A DNA stretch of 64,000 bases from Coniocarpon cinnabarinum. Lineage: Eukaryota. The notes under the pieces were generated by a model. The model worked only from the letters and a program-made list of their open reading frames with translations, had not been told where the DNA came from and ran no database searches. Below, piece by piece: positions 1-12,248 of this stretch. A program made the position numbers and the translations under genes. Every line of letters begins with the position of its first letter. Within the stretch, counting starts at the first letter, position 1. The stretch covers positions 1-64,000 of the forward strand of contig JAVECO010000089.1 in assembly GCA_051942205.1 (NCBI GenBank), written 5' to 3'.

Positions 1-130
1 AACTATAACTATAACTATAACTATAACTATAACTATAACTATAACTATAACTATAACTATAACTATAACTATAACTATAACTATAACTATAACTATAACT
101 ATAACTATAACTATAACTATAACTATAACT
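1..130. repeat. (AACTAT)n hexamer tandem array, ~21 perfect copies running off the window start
   Basis: Read directly. Short degenerate copies recur at ~321-355 (including an AACTGC variant) and ~991-1008. Confidence 0.95.
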
Positions 131-1165
131 TTAACTAATACTAGCTTTACTACTAGAACTAGTACTTAAACTAATACTAAGCTAGTTTAGATATATTTTA
201 GATATAGTTTTAAACTATATTATAGCTAAAAAATAGGTAAACAACGGTTAAAAAACTATATTAAAACTGTCTTAAAACCGTTTTTAAACCGTTTTAAGAA
301 TAAAACCGAGCTCGATCATGTAACTATAACTGCAACTATAACTATAACTTTAACTAAAACTAGGTATAATATTAGAACTAGTACTAAAACTATATCTTAT
401 ACTAAAACTAGTACTAAAACTAATATAAAGCTAGTTTTAATATAGTTTTAAACTAGTTTTCAAGCCCTATTACTACTATTATACAACTAGTTCGAAACCT
501 CAGAGTTCGACACTAAGGTAAATTAAATACTCTAAGTAGTTTTAAAACTAGTACTAAGCTAGTTTTAATATAGTTTTAAAGCCCTATTACTTCTATTATA
601 CAACTAGCTCGAAACCTAAGAGCTTGACACTAAGGTAGCTATAATATTAAAATTTATTATAGTTTTAGTAGTAGTTTTTATATTGAGATTGGTTACAAAA
701 TTAAGATCTATACTAATTTTACTATAAGCTTTAGTATTTTAGTCTATATTGTAATCTTTATTATAATCTTTATTAATAAATATATATAATTTAGATAACC
801 TAGGTTATAACTACCTAATAAAGAATATAGCTTTTCTTCTTAATTTTAAAATTCTTACTTCTTAATTAGCTACGCTATTAAGCAAATTTTTTTAAATTTA
901 GCTTTCTTTATTAGCTAAAATTACTATATAAAATATTAAATTCTAAGTCTTATATACTTAAATAGGCCTAGGTAGTCTATTAATTTTGTATAACTTTAAC
1001 TTTAACTAAAACTAGATTAAATACTGGAACTAGTACTAAAACTAATACTAAGCTAGTTTTAATGTAGCTTTAAGCTAGTTTAAGCTAGTTTTTAATTAGT
1101 TTCAAAGCCCTATTACTACTATTATACAACTAGCCCCAAACCTAAGAGTTCGACACCAAGGTAGG
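127..1165. repeat. Degenerate AT-rich dispersed/tandem repeat units, RIP-like
   Basis: The block AAGCCCTATTACTACTATTATACAACTAG..CGAAACCT.AGAG..CGACAC.AAGGTA occurs at ~462-520, ~579-637 and ~1105-1163. The motif AACTTTAACTAA..CTAG...AGAACTAGTACT occurs at ~127, ~345 and ~998. Copies differ mostly by C/T and G/A transitions, TpA is very abundant, and GC rises gradually until ~2.2 kb. Confidence 0.8.
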
Positions 1166-3117
1166 TATATATTACAAAAATACCAGTATAGAACAGAGCT
1201 TAATCTTGCAACCGCTACTAATCTTACATCCAAGTATTTTAGTAATATTCTTGGTCAGTCTTAAAACTAGTTAATGTAGTAGATTTAAGTTAATACACTA
1301 AAATATGTACCAATATAATAGATGTATTAATAAGTATAACAATAGGATCTATAACAGTAATAACTTCTCTATTTGGATAAAGAATACAATAGGTCGCATA
1401 GTAGAACTTAATTTAAAAATTATATACTAAAGAAGGCTTCAAGCTAGTTTTGAAACATACGACCGTCCTGGAACTAGTCTAAAACTATTCTATAACCATT
1501 TTATAGCTATATTGAAATCATAGAGAAGGCCCTAAGGTAGTTTTCAGCTAGTCTTAGGTGTGTTTCTCGTTAGCTATAAAATCAGTTTACTACTAGATTA
1601 CTACTTTAACAAGGGTTTAAATCTCATGAACTCGGCATAGGGGTATCTTCAAAACCTCTAGGTAGGTCCCTAAGAGAGTTGTCAAAGAAAGTAATGTCGA
1701 GGCATGAAAACGGAGGTTCTAAAGCGACTAATACAAAATTAATCTAGCGACTCATAACACTAGCATTTCCATTTTCAAAGTAGGTACGCTCTCTACATAA
1801 GGTGGACTAGAGTAAGATTTAACTAGTTGGTAGGTAGGTAATACCCAATTAGCAACTACTAGATCAGTATCTATATTAGCTCGATCAATAGTGTTAACGC
1901 AATCAATGTGGGATTTGAAACTGTAGTCTTAGTTCTTACGCTCAAGGAGGCCAATATTCGGCCAGAATTATATGTACAAATTCCAAAAGTCTACTACCTA
2001 TACACACTACTTCATAGTATCTAGTCGCAAATTTTGGTGTTTCCAATTTGAGGTATCTAGTACTTGTTCTTTATGATCCAGCACTGATGTATTTTACAGT
2101 AGATACTAACTTATTCTCTGAGTCTGAAGGTGTATTGAACTCGACACCGTCCTATGATCGTACCAGCATAGTATTGTAATATTACAAGCAGCTCTGCGCA
2201 TGACCAACTATGAGATCGCACAAAGTAGTATTCCGAGCGAAACTAGCTTGCAGCTGTGTGACGAAGTTTAATTCCATCGTAGCGACTCGGCTCGAGATCT
2301 GACATCTGTTTGACTAACGTTCTGCCGACACGCAGCAGCACCTGATCGTTTGTGCAAATGCAACCCGCGAGCGCGTTGAACAACTTGCATTCCAATTGTG
2401 TACCTTCTGTGCCTGCGCCGCCTTAAGGTCGATTCGCCAAGCCAAGCCCAGGCTCAACGGACGAATGATTCCTTGAAGTTTGGCCCAATGTTCGATGGCC
2501 ACATGCACAAAAATGTAAAGTCAACCCTCGGACGACTTCCTCACAGAAGACGTTATATCGTGAACGAGCGCCTCAGAGCACGACATGCCGAATAGAAGGT
2601 GGCGCCATACTGCCGCTCAGGGAAGGGCACAACGGCACAGGGTCTCTTCTGTACAGAAGCTACACAGATGACAAGGAGCCAGCTAGCCGCGAACAGGCTG
2701 TTGCAATGTTACAGGGTACGGCGGGTAGCACTGCTATTTGGCCACATCCCTGATGCTCTTGCATATACCCCACAGCCCCGGCATGACACTAAGCAGGTAT
2801 CCCTGCAAACGTCAAATATGCCAGGGTCTGAGGTCCCATGCAAACGTACTTTTGTTAGGTGTCAAGGATGATACCTGGATGCCATGACAGCAATTTGTCT
2901 GCGGGTGGGCAGGCTGTCTTCTGTGGATCGCAAAGCGTCTTAGAATCCTGCATGCAACAGACTTGTAGTTTTAGACACCACCTTACGTTTTCGACGATTT
3001 CCACTTCTCCAGGAACCAGAGTAAGACGATGCGGCGTCAATACTTAAGGTGTTTCCTACGCACCGCAATCTTGCTCCTGTCCGTCGACAAGACCACTGCA
3101 AGTAGAAATTTGGCACT

Positions 3118-4672
3118 ATGAAGCCTTCCGTCTTGCTCAGCAGTCTTACTCTTGGCGCACTGGCTGCGGCCACTCCCATCAAGGAACGAGCTGCGAAGCT
3201 TCAATGGCTAGGTGTTGACGAGTCCGTTGCGGAGTTCGGACAACAGAACATTCCCGGACTCGAGGGCAAAGACTACACGTTCCCAGCTACGACCAGCCTT
3301 GACGTACGTCAGACGCACGTGTCTGCTGCGATCCGACTCCAACAAGCCGTGCAGAAAGACTAACAGCTTCTTCCAGACGCTCATTAGTCAAGGTTTCAAT
3401 ATTTTCCGTGTGCCATTCTTGATGGAACGGATGGTCCCAAACCGATTGACAGGATCTGTTGCGCAAGCGTATTTCCAAGGCTACGCCAACACCATCAACC
3501 ATATCACTGGCAAAGGCGCATATGCTGTACTCGATCCACACAATTATGGACGGTATTACAACAATATCATTCAAGATACTGCCGGCTTTCAAGCCTTTTG
3601 GAAAACCATTGCAACTCAGTTTAAGTCGAACGACCGTGTGGTTAGTCCTTATACTGACTTTCAGAGACACGAGGAAGTGTTGACACGTTCAGATCTTTGA
3701 TACCAATAATGAATACCATGATATGGATCAAACGCTCGTCTTGAATCTGAACCAGGCAGCTATCAACGGCATCAGAGCTGCAGGCGCCACAGTAAGAGAA
3801 AACATCCCGTGGTCCATAGCTCTTGGGCATACGCTGGCTGCAGCATAACCTGCGATGACTTTGTTCACTGAACCATGCCTTGGCTGACTCCTGCCGTACA
3901 CAGTCACAAACCATCATGATCGAGGGCAACTCATATACCGGTCAGTGAAGTGCAATGATACGCCTCAACTTGGGACAGGCAACAGAGCCAAGTTGTAGTG
4001 GAGCCTGCTGACGAAATCCAGGGGCCTGGACATGGAACAAAACCAATGACAACCTGAAGTCTCTCTCTGATCCTCAGAACAAGCTCGTGTAAGGAGAACC
4101 TCGATCACGCAGCCTTGTCGACAGTCTAGAAAGCTAAGATTGGTCATAGTTACGAGATGCATCAGTATCTTGACTCTGATGGGTCGGGCACGAGCGCTAC
4201 TTGTGTATCCAGCACCGTTGGTGTCGAACGTGTCGTCGGCGCTACCAATTGGTAAGATTTCGTTGTGCCCACGCCGAACGGGAGGGAAGACGGGGGACTG
4301 ACGGAGACGATCTAGGCTCAAAGCCAACGGCAAGAAAGGCTTCCTGGGAGAGTTTGCAGGCGGTGCCAACACGGTGTGCCAGCAGGCCGTCACTGGCATG
4401 CTGCAGCACCTGCAGGACAACTCAGACGTGTGGACTGGAGCTGCGTGGTGGGCTGGCGGACCATGTAAGTGCTTCCAGCGGCCACTTGTGCATTCTCACC
4501 AGTTTATGCTGACCATTTCGTGCAGGGTGTGAGTATTTCCCATCGCAACTAGCTTTCTCGGAAGCGATCATGCTGACTCTGCGGTCAAGGGGCCGATTAC
4601 ATCTTCTCGTTCGAGCCACCTTCGGGTACAGGATACACGTACTACCTCAACACGTTGAAAGCGTTCCTGTGA
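3118..4672 (+). CDS. Secreted GH5 (subfamily 5-like) endo-beta-1,4-glucanase, 9 exons, no CBM
   Basis: Signal peptide [18 protein letters not shown]. Spliced motifs: [44 protein letters not shown] (acid/base E), [22 protein letters not shown] (nucleophile E), WWAGGPWWADY. Stop TGA at 4670-4672. Confidence 0.93.
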
Positions 4673-5029
4673 TAGGTTCAGCTATTGCGTCCATAGCCAT
4701 GATCGAATCGCATTTGTTCGCTCCTCATACGTTTTCGCTTTTCATTATTATCGAATCAAGTATCCCATGAAGCTCTGCTGTAGCCGTTGGGGACTGGGCG
4801 CCTAGGATAAGGGTACAGAACCCGCTCAGGCCGTGATAAACGGAGGGAACGTATGGCCCAGCTCACCATGTGAAGAGCGACGCAGTATTGCACTCGATGC
4901 AAGTTGCATCCAGACGCAACTCTACCGACACTGAGACATGGGCGGCCATGCTACACATAGGTCTGTTCATCCATGCAGGATGCGTGCCATAAAACCATTG
5001 ACCGGACCAGCCTGGAAAGATCAGACCGG

Positions 5030-5744
5030 AGGTAGTCTCAGCCCGCTCAGACCCTTGGGCCTTGTGCGAGTATATCGCATTATTCCTCTTTAGGCAATTA
5101 ATAGCTAAAGGGTCTAAGGCCTAATAGTAGCTTTTTTAGTCTATAAATAATTACTCTTTTAGTATTACTTTAATCTACTTAAATTATATATTAAATAAAT
5201 TACTAATATCTTATATATTTAGCTATATAAAAAAATTAATAAAAAAAGAATAAAAACTAATTAAAGTATATAATAGTTTAAATACTTAAAAAATAAAAGT
5301 CTTTTTAAATTTATACTTTATAATTAAAATAATATTTTAGTTTACTTATAAAATTTAAAGAATATATAACTACTTATTATAAATTTTATTAATATAAAAT
5401 AACTATTATACTTATATTATAAAAAAAAATTAATTATTTTTAGCTATTATAGTATTATAATAGTTATATATTTAAAATTAAGTAAATAAATTAATTTTTA
5501 AATATACGCTTTAACTAATTTTTATTTTTTTTTATTAATTTTTTTATATAGCTAAATATATAAAATATTAATAATTTATTTAATATATAATTTAAATAGA
5601 TTAAAGTAATATTAAAAGATTAATTATTTATAGACTAAAAAAGCTATTATTAGACCTTAAACCTTTTAGCTAATAATTGTCTAAAGAGGAATAATGCGAT
5701 ATACTCGCACAAGGCCTAAGGGTCTGAGCGGGCTAAGACTACCT
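5030..5744. mobile_element. Non-autonomous foldback/MITE-like element with ~240 bp terminal inverted repeats, RIP-mutated
   Basis: The left end AGGTAGTCTCAGCCCGCTCAGACCCTTGGGCCTTGTGCGAGTATATCGCATTATTCCTCTTTAG is the near-exact reverse complement of the right end ending ..GGGTCTGAGCGGGCTAAGACTACCT. Inverted similarity covers ~5030-5270 versus ~5503-5744. The interior is extremely AT-rich and has no ORF. Confidence 0.85.
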
Positions 5745-6301
5745 ATACTCTGTATAAGCTGCTTAACTCCGTTGGAGCCAAGAAATGCCAAGCTGACGTC
5801 CACTTAGACTTCAGCGCCTTCACGTCTCCTTCGTTTGCATATATCTATCTCAACGCCGCGCCGTCGATCAAGGTAGTAAACCCTTCGAAACAACTACGAC
5901 TCGCCCTGGCTGTGGTCGCAGCGTCTCTGCCGTCCCTATAATCTAGAATTACATATGCAGAAGGCTGCCCACTTGCGTAAACTCGGCCAGAAGCTACTAT
6001 ACAGGCTCTGTCTGATGAGTGGAACCACTGGGTGCAGTCAGGCAGCCGTGTCGTCGACATTGCTGGTCCTCGTTTCACTAGTGAGCTAATTGGCCAGCGC
6101 GATCTAGAGAGTGATGCAGGCAAACATTGAAGGCAAAGGATTGTAGGGGTATCACGAAGTCACGTGCCACCAGCAATCGACATTCCCATCAAGACGTACA
6201 ATCCAGCTGATTTGGCCCCGCTGCAATAAATACAATATCCGCTCATCACATATCTCATAAATTTCATAGGTCTCGTGAAGGCTGGTCATGTCGTCGTGAC
6301 A

Positions 6302-8773
6302 TCAGAAAGCAACATCAAGACCTTCCAACAGCACCGCCAACGACCCAACCTTTGCCAGTGTACCCACCATACCGCTGCCGTGTTTCTTCTTCTCCGCCTT
6401 CTCCTTTTCGCGCTCTTTCTCACGCTCTTTTTCTCGACGTCTGTGTCGACTTCTGCTCCGGTGGCGCTCTTTCCGATGGCCGCCCCTTACGCTCTCGTTA
6501 TCATGGTCACGGTCTCGCCAATCCCCCCGTGAGTGACGATCGCGAGGGCTGAAAGAATTTTCTTGGATGTCTCTCGGAGACATGGTTTGCTGTTGACCCA
6601 TGTACCCTCTCGGAGGAGGTCCGGCTGGTGGATGCAGTGGAGGAAGCGCATCGTTGAACGAGAGATTCCGATGCTGCATAGGCGGCATATGAGGCATCTG
6701 GAGTGGCGCCTGAACAGGCTGCTGCGGCAGTTGACTTGGCGGTGTGACGGGTGACCGGATATGTTGTTGTGCTGTTGGGCCGCTCTGCCTCCTTTTCCTC
6801 GAGTCTTCAACGTGTTGGATGGTACGATTGACCAGTGCGTCAATCTCGTGAAACTTCAAAGGCTGCAGAATTTTCCAGGCGCCTTCTTGGTTGGCAGTAG
6901 CGCCACCGGCTTGATTGCCGTGCAATGAAACATGAGGATAACGCAGCTCGGTCAAAGCTTCTTCACAGACCCATTCCTTGGTGATTTCCGTAGACGCATT
7001 CTCATGGCTGTATATCCATTGACGAGATGTGTTAGGAGGGTAAGGCGTGCACGGCCCGATGATTTCATTGTCGCGGAAGTCAAAGTATTGTGATGGGGAC
7101 ACGACGATCCTCCACGGGATGTCGAGACCATCCGCGGTGTCATTACCAAGCCCGCTATCATGCGGGGCGTGGTGTCGACGCCTCGAGGACTTGGACACAC
7201 GAGTAGCGTCACTGTCTCCTCGGCGACGAGTTTGTGTCTTGCCGGGCGAGGTAGGTGGCGATTCATCAGAGTCGCTGGGGTAAGTTGAGTCGTCATCGGA
7301 TACATATGGATGGCGATAATTGCCATAATTCGGGGAGAGGTGGTTGACATCAGGAACGTTACCGGAGGCAGCGGCAGCCCCAGCTAGATAGGGAGCCAAA
7401 GCTCGAGACCGATAAGGATATTGCGGTTGAGGGGTAAAGGTCCGCTGGGGCGCCAAGCTCAGGAACTGAGGCAGAGCAGGCTGAATCTGCAAGCCATGGT
7501 GATCATGAAAGCTATTGAGCATGGGCATGCCATCCGCCTCTGGATTAGTCATGCTTCTTTCGAGCGTGACCCGAGGACTGGTGACTCGACTGGGAATGGA
7601 GGTGATTTCACTTTGCTGGAAGCTGAGACTGCTGCCCGGTCTGCCATGCATGATATCTCGAGTTGCAACGGTGGCCATGTCGGAACGAGGGCTCATGACT
7701 TGTCGAGACGAGCCCTGACGAGGTGGCGGGGGAATTGAGGTGTGTTGCGACGGTGGCGGCTTTACATGTACATCAGGCACGGGTGTGGCATTTCCGTCAT
7801 GCGGAGCAACACGCTGCTGTTGATTCCCGTGCGGTTTTGGCAGTTGGGGTACAGGTGTGGACTCTCGGTCAGATTCTTCCTGCGGTGGCGTGTGACTGTT
7901 TGCCTTCAGTTGTGCAAGCTTGTCTTCCGGTGAGATAGTCCAGCGCGAAAGCAGCTCTTCAATAAAAGAATCTGCGCGGCTCATCGTGGGCTCTAAAGGA
8001 AGGTTGTCCTCTCTGTCCGCGCTGGGCCGTCGATCTAGGAATTCAATGTCTTTACTAGCTAGACGGACCAGCTGCAGAGAGCTCGAGGAGCCTTGTGTGA
8101 GCAGTTTGGGGTAACGTGCCTCTGGCCCGTCTTCGGATGGAGTGGATGGGCGCGTGTCCTCGGCTTCTACTTTCTCTTGTGCCTCCTGCATGACGTGCAC
8201 GGAGAGTTGTTGGGCCACCACCAGGGTCTCAATGTGTAACTTTTCCTGTTGCACGATCTCTGGGGTGGTATCCGATTCACCGATTTCGGCTTTGATCTTC
8301 GCGTGCAAGGCGGCCAGATTGAGCGTCTGCATGAGCACCGAGAGGGTGGTCTTGAGATACTCCAACTGGGACAACAGGTGGTCCGCCTTGGGTCCTTCGA
8401 AGTACCATTTGACTTTGGCCACCATGCCGATTCGCCTCTTGCTGCCATTGGCCAATTGAGGCTCTTTGGAGACTTCGCTCTTATCTCTCGCCACGAGCAC
8501 GACATTGGTGATCTCGCTGAAGACGGACTCACACTCGGTGACGATTTGCTGGATGGTCTCGAGGGCCTCGGGACTGTACAGACTGTGGGAGTCCTCGAGT
8601 ACCTGGCCCACATGTTTGAGCATGGCGGCAAAGAGGCTGACATTGGTGGCGATGCGGTTGATGTTGTGCCCCGCGCCGGTGGTCTTGTGGGCGATGTTAT
8701 ACAAGGTCTTTGATAGCTTGATGCCGATTCCTGCAATGCCAATGACGGAGGCGATCATCTCCACACCGGCCAT
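6302..8773 (-). CDS. Fungal protein with an N-terminal HeLo-like/STAND N-terminal helical domain and a long low-complexity C-terminus
   Basis: Single long ORF, first ATG at 8773. N-terminus MAGVEMIASVIGIAGIGIKLSKTLY...RIGMVAKVKWYFEGPKADHLLSQLEYLKTTLSVLMQTL is typical of the fungal N-terminal STAND-associated domain. No NTPase motif seen. Confidence 0.7.
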   Translation of the reverse strand: MAGVEMIASVIGIAGIGIKLSKTLYNIAHKTTGAGHNINRIATNVSLFAAMLKHVGQVLEDSHSLYSPEALETIQQIVTECESVFSEITNVVLVARDKSEVSKEPQLANGSKRRIGMVAKVKWYFEGPKADHLLSQLEYLKTTLSVLMQTLNLAALHAKIKAEIGESDTTPEIVQQEKLHIETLVVAQQLSVHVMQEAQEKVEAEDTRPSTPSEDGPEARYPKLLTQGSSSSLQLVRLASKDIEFLDRRPSADREDNLPLEPTMSRADSFIEELLSRWTISPEDKLAQLKANSHTPPQEESDRESTPVPQLPKPHGNQQQRVAPHDGNATPVPDVHVKPPPSQHTSIPPPPRQGSSRQVMSPRSDMATVATRDIMHGRPGSSLSFQQSEITSIPSRVTSPRVTLERSMTNPEADGMPMLNSFHDHHGLQIQPALPQFLSLAPQRTFTPQPQYPYRSRALAPYLAGAAAASGNVPDVNHLSPNYGNYRHPYVSDDDSTYPSDSDESPPTSPGKTQTRRRGDSDATRVSKSSRRRHHAPHDSGLGNDTADGLDIPWRIVVSPSQYFDFRDNEIIGPCTPYPPNTSRQWIYSHENASTEITKEWVCEEALTELRYPHVSLHGNQAGGATANQEGAWKILQPLKFHEIDALVNRTIQHVEDSRKRRQSGPTAQQHIRSPVTPPSQLPQQPVQAPLQMPHMPPMQHRNLSFNDALPPLHPPAGPPPRGYMGQQQTMSPRDIQENSFSPRDRHSRGDWRDRDHDNESVRGGHRKERHRSRSRHRRREKEREKEREKEKAEKKKHGSGMVGTLAKVGSLAVLLEGLDVAF

Positions 8774-9140
8774 GATTGCGGATGCGTGCGTGCAGGCTCC
8801 CTTGCAAGTGAATGCCGAGAGCCGCAAAAGTTCACAGAAGGAAAGAAGAAACAGAGTGGGGGCGCCAGGCTATGTTAAATGCCGCAGCATCGCGGCCACA
8901 CGAGTCAACACGAGCGCGCGCGGAATGCTGGAGGGGCAAAGGTTGGAGGGCGGTCGGGGCAAGGAGGGCGGCGATGCGACTTGGCCTGCGGGGTATGGAA
9001 TGTTGTGATGACCAGAAGCGACAGTCACAGGCGAAGATATGAGATCGGTGGAGGCTTAACAAACCAAACGAGCAAAGCAGAGTGAGACGAAGTCAGGGCG
9101 CGCGAGGCAGAAGAAAGGCGACGATGAGGCTCGTCAGGGT

Positions 9141-9169
9141 TGGATGTGGATGTGGATGTGGATGTGGAT
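9141..9169. repeat. (TGGATG)n microsatellite
   Basis: About 5 copies, read directly. Confidence 0.85.
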
Positions 9170-10160
9170 TTGGCGCCGTCACGCAAGGGGAGGGAGGCAA
9201 AGGCGCTCCGTGAAGAGTGGAAGGGGTGGTCCCAACGGCGGCAGCTCCCGCACGCGCAAGGTGTAAGTCAGGGGGTGTGACCGTGTGAGGGGCGAGGGAG
9301 TGTTTGTGTGTATATGGAAGAATAGTCCTGTCAATCCCGACCTTTCGTCACGTGCCTTTTTGCGCCACTCACTGCTCTCACACACACCTGCACCAATCCT
9401 CTCCTGCACATGCACGTCCCCGACACCTTGCATTGCGCAACGGCACTCTGTATGGTTCGGTCAACGCTCGCCTCGTCCAGAACCTTATTGTGCTGCTTAA
9501 CGTCACCCTCTGCTGCTGCACGCCGTCGCTTATGACTGCACAGCTCCTATGCCTTCGCAGCACTTGTCACAGGCATCCGCGATTGCGACCCAGTTGCTCT
9601 TGTAATTCTTCTTGCCCGGTGCTGTGGGCTGTCGCTCGTGCTCACCGCGTGCTCTAGCTCTCTCTTGCTATCAAGGGCACTACGTTCGCCCTCCCACAAT
9701 GGCGCCGGAGTGCTGCTGCATGCGTCTGTACGAGATCACGAGGCTCCAACGTGTCACCTCCGCTGGAAGTCGGCGAGCGCTTCTGAAAAATAGATCGTTG
9801 GACGTGCCCGCCTCCTGGCCATGAGTCACGTAGCATTGGGTGGAGCAGCGACCCGACTTGTCCGTGCTGCTGCTCACCGCCAGATCTCCCATCACATACG
9901 CGATATTGTCGCTGCCTCTATAAATAATAGGGCAGGCGTAACGGTCAGCCTTGTTGCCCCATCATTCCCAGACATCCAGGTCTGGATCCGATCGATCGTA
10001 TCATAGATGACGACTCAAGTCTACACGTAATTCCATTTGCTAAAACTTTGCTAACTACACCACACCAGCTGGCAAGTATTCCCCCAAACGCCTCGCTGGA
10101 ACGCTGCGATAGGTCGATATTCCATTACCAGATGCAGACAATACGACAAGTCTGTTCGTG

Positions 10161-11041
10161 CTAGAATTGAGGCCGCCGCTTTCTCCCGGTGTACTTGGAA
10201 CTCGCCTTGGTTACCTTTCCCTTCTTCGCCATTTGGTCTTTCTTGCGCATGATATAGGCTTTACTGCCCTTGACATCCTGTGGTGCGACCCTCTTGCTGT
10301 TCTTTACCTTACCCTTCCTGGAGTCGTCCACCTCCACATCGTCCATGCCCTGCACCACACCCGTCACGTCACCACCTCCCACGGTACACACCAAATACAG
10401 TTTCGAGTTCTTCGTACCACCGTCATCCTCCAGTAGTCCCGCACCGAAGCCGGCTTTGATCGCCGCTGACGAAATCATCTCTCGCTGGGCCGCATCGCGT
10501 GGATAAATCTGTAACACTGCTCGACCGCCTCTCTTCAGTGCCAGATACAGACTGCTGAAGAATCGCTTTAGTCGTCGGTCGGGATGGTCGTTCTCGTGAG
10601 CGCTTTCAGCATTACAAAGCCATTGCACAGCGGATATGCTTATGGCGGCATCGAATGAGCCTGGTCTGAACGGCAGTCCTTGGCCAATGTCGCCCAACAT
10701 CAAATCTCCATCTACGTCACGATGCATCTTGGCGATTGCAAGCATGCTTGCAGAGATGTCAACACCCACCCAAGTGTGTGACGGGTCGTTCTCCGTGAGG
10801 ATTTCTCCAGACAGTCCCGATCCGCAACCTACATCCAGTACAAGTGCCGAGCTTTGGAGTCCCAATAGTTCCAAAGCGCGCTCCGTCATCTGCGCTTGGA
10901 CTTGCTGAATCCGTGAGGATGTCGTGTACGACCGAGATGTGTTGTCATCGTAATACACGTCTGGAGGTCTTTGCTTGCCGTCAGCGTGCCTCTACGGGGG
11001 GATTCATTATCGGCATACAGTCGGTCTTCTGGTCGCGACAT
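10161..11041 (-). CDS. BUD23: 18S rRNA m7G methyltransferase Bud23/WBSCR22
   Basis: Spliced N-terminus MSRPEDRL|PPDVYYDDNTSRSYTTSSRIQQVQ (intron 11018-10969). SAM motif LDVGCGSGLSG, GDIGQGLPFRPGSFDAAISISAVQWLCNA, C-terminal SKYTGRKRRPQF. Confidence 0.95.
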
Positions 11042-11376
11042 GCTTTTGGGATGATACTGAGTGATGTATAGTGCTCGGCAGTTCTTACGCTTAATGCTTG
11101 CTTGGGAATATTCCAGCAGATGTCGAGTGCAGACACTTTGCGAAGGTCGTAACAAAGCGTCTAATGCGCTGTGATGTAGTAACTGACACCCTGCCAGTGC
11201 TCAACATCTGCAAGCCTCGAAAATGCTCTCACATAACATAGTTCTTGGCATCAGACACCGCGCGCAGGACCGCAGGCCAAGGCTGTCTGGCAGTGCGGTC
11301 GGTATCCATTCCACGCACCTCCATCTGCGACCATTATGTCTGGCGGGAACTGGTAGTCATTGAAGAGTCCCAGAGG

Positions 11377-12248
11377 ATGTGGATTTTGCCTTTAGTAGGA
11401 TATGTCGGCCTCGTGCTTGGCTTCTCCTTCTTGGTTTTAGCCATTGGTACGCAAGCGATCATCCCTTTTGCTCTGGCCACTGCTCCGTCCGACCCCCACA
11501 CGCGATTTGTGCTAATTACTTATTGCGCAGCATCTGGCCTTTACTATCTTTCGGAAATAGTCGAAGAACACACGGTCATTGCTAAGAAGTTCATCACACG
11601 GGAGATCTATGCGGTGATTGCTATCCTATTCCTCCTTTGGATCGTTGATGGCTACCCAACGCTTCTGAGCATTGTGAGCATCGCAAGTCATGCTCTGTAC
11701 CTTCAGAATTTACGGCGCTTCCCAATTGTCAAGCTCTCCGATCCGGTCTTCATAGCTTCTTGTGGTAAGTAATTTCTTGATTGCGAGCACATTGAGATCC
11801 ACCAGTTCTGATATTCACGTTTCCAGCGCTTGTTCTCCTTAACCACTACCTCTGGTTCCGTCACTTCTCGAAGCCCCCGGCTTTTCCACCCTCTTCCAGC
11901 AGCTATCGGCGGTTGATGGCAGAATCTCCCTATGATGACTACCCTTCCTTCACCGAAGTCGCATCGTTCTTTGGCTTATGCGTCTGGCTGGTACCTTTCT
12001 CGCTTTTCGTGTCGCTCTCCGCGGGAGAATATGTGTTACCGAGCATGGGATCTGAATATGCCACTGGAGAGGGTAGTACTTACATGTCCCCTGGAAAGGA
12101 GCCATCTATGAATGGAGGTCTGGGTCCGTTGCAGAAGGGTAGACAGGGCATGGCGAAAGCAGCTGTAGACACCCTACGAGGCTGGTTTGGCGATATCGCC
12201 GAAGTCGCCGGCTGGTCCAGCAGTGAAAGGGTTCGAAATCGCTTCTGA
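11377..12248 (+). CDS. SVP26: Svp26/Erv26 (TEX261 family) ER-Golgi cargo adaptor, 3 exons
   Basis: MWILPLVGYVG...LAI|ASGLYYLSEIVEEHTV, NHYLWFRHF, PSFTEVASFFGLCVWLVPFSLFVSLSAGEYVLP. Introns ~11447-11530 and ~11765-11826. Confidence 0.9.

Noticed and set aside
1..130. Canonical telomere
   Set aside because: The unit is AACTAT (TTATAG/ATAGTT on the other strand), not CCCTAA/TTAGGG. It is not G-rich and also recurs internally within the degenerate repeats.
462..1163. CRISPR-like repeat-spacer array
   Set aside because: Eukaryotic context, irregular spacing, degenerate long units, non-unique intervening sequence and no cas genes.
6275..9085. Numerous overlapping antisense and alternate-frame ORFs (here and over other GC-rich genes)
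   Set aside because: Shadow ORFs of real genes with no independent motifs.
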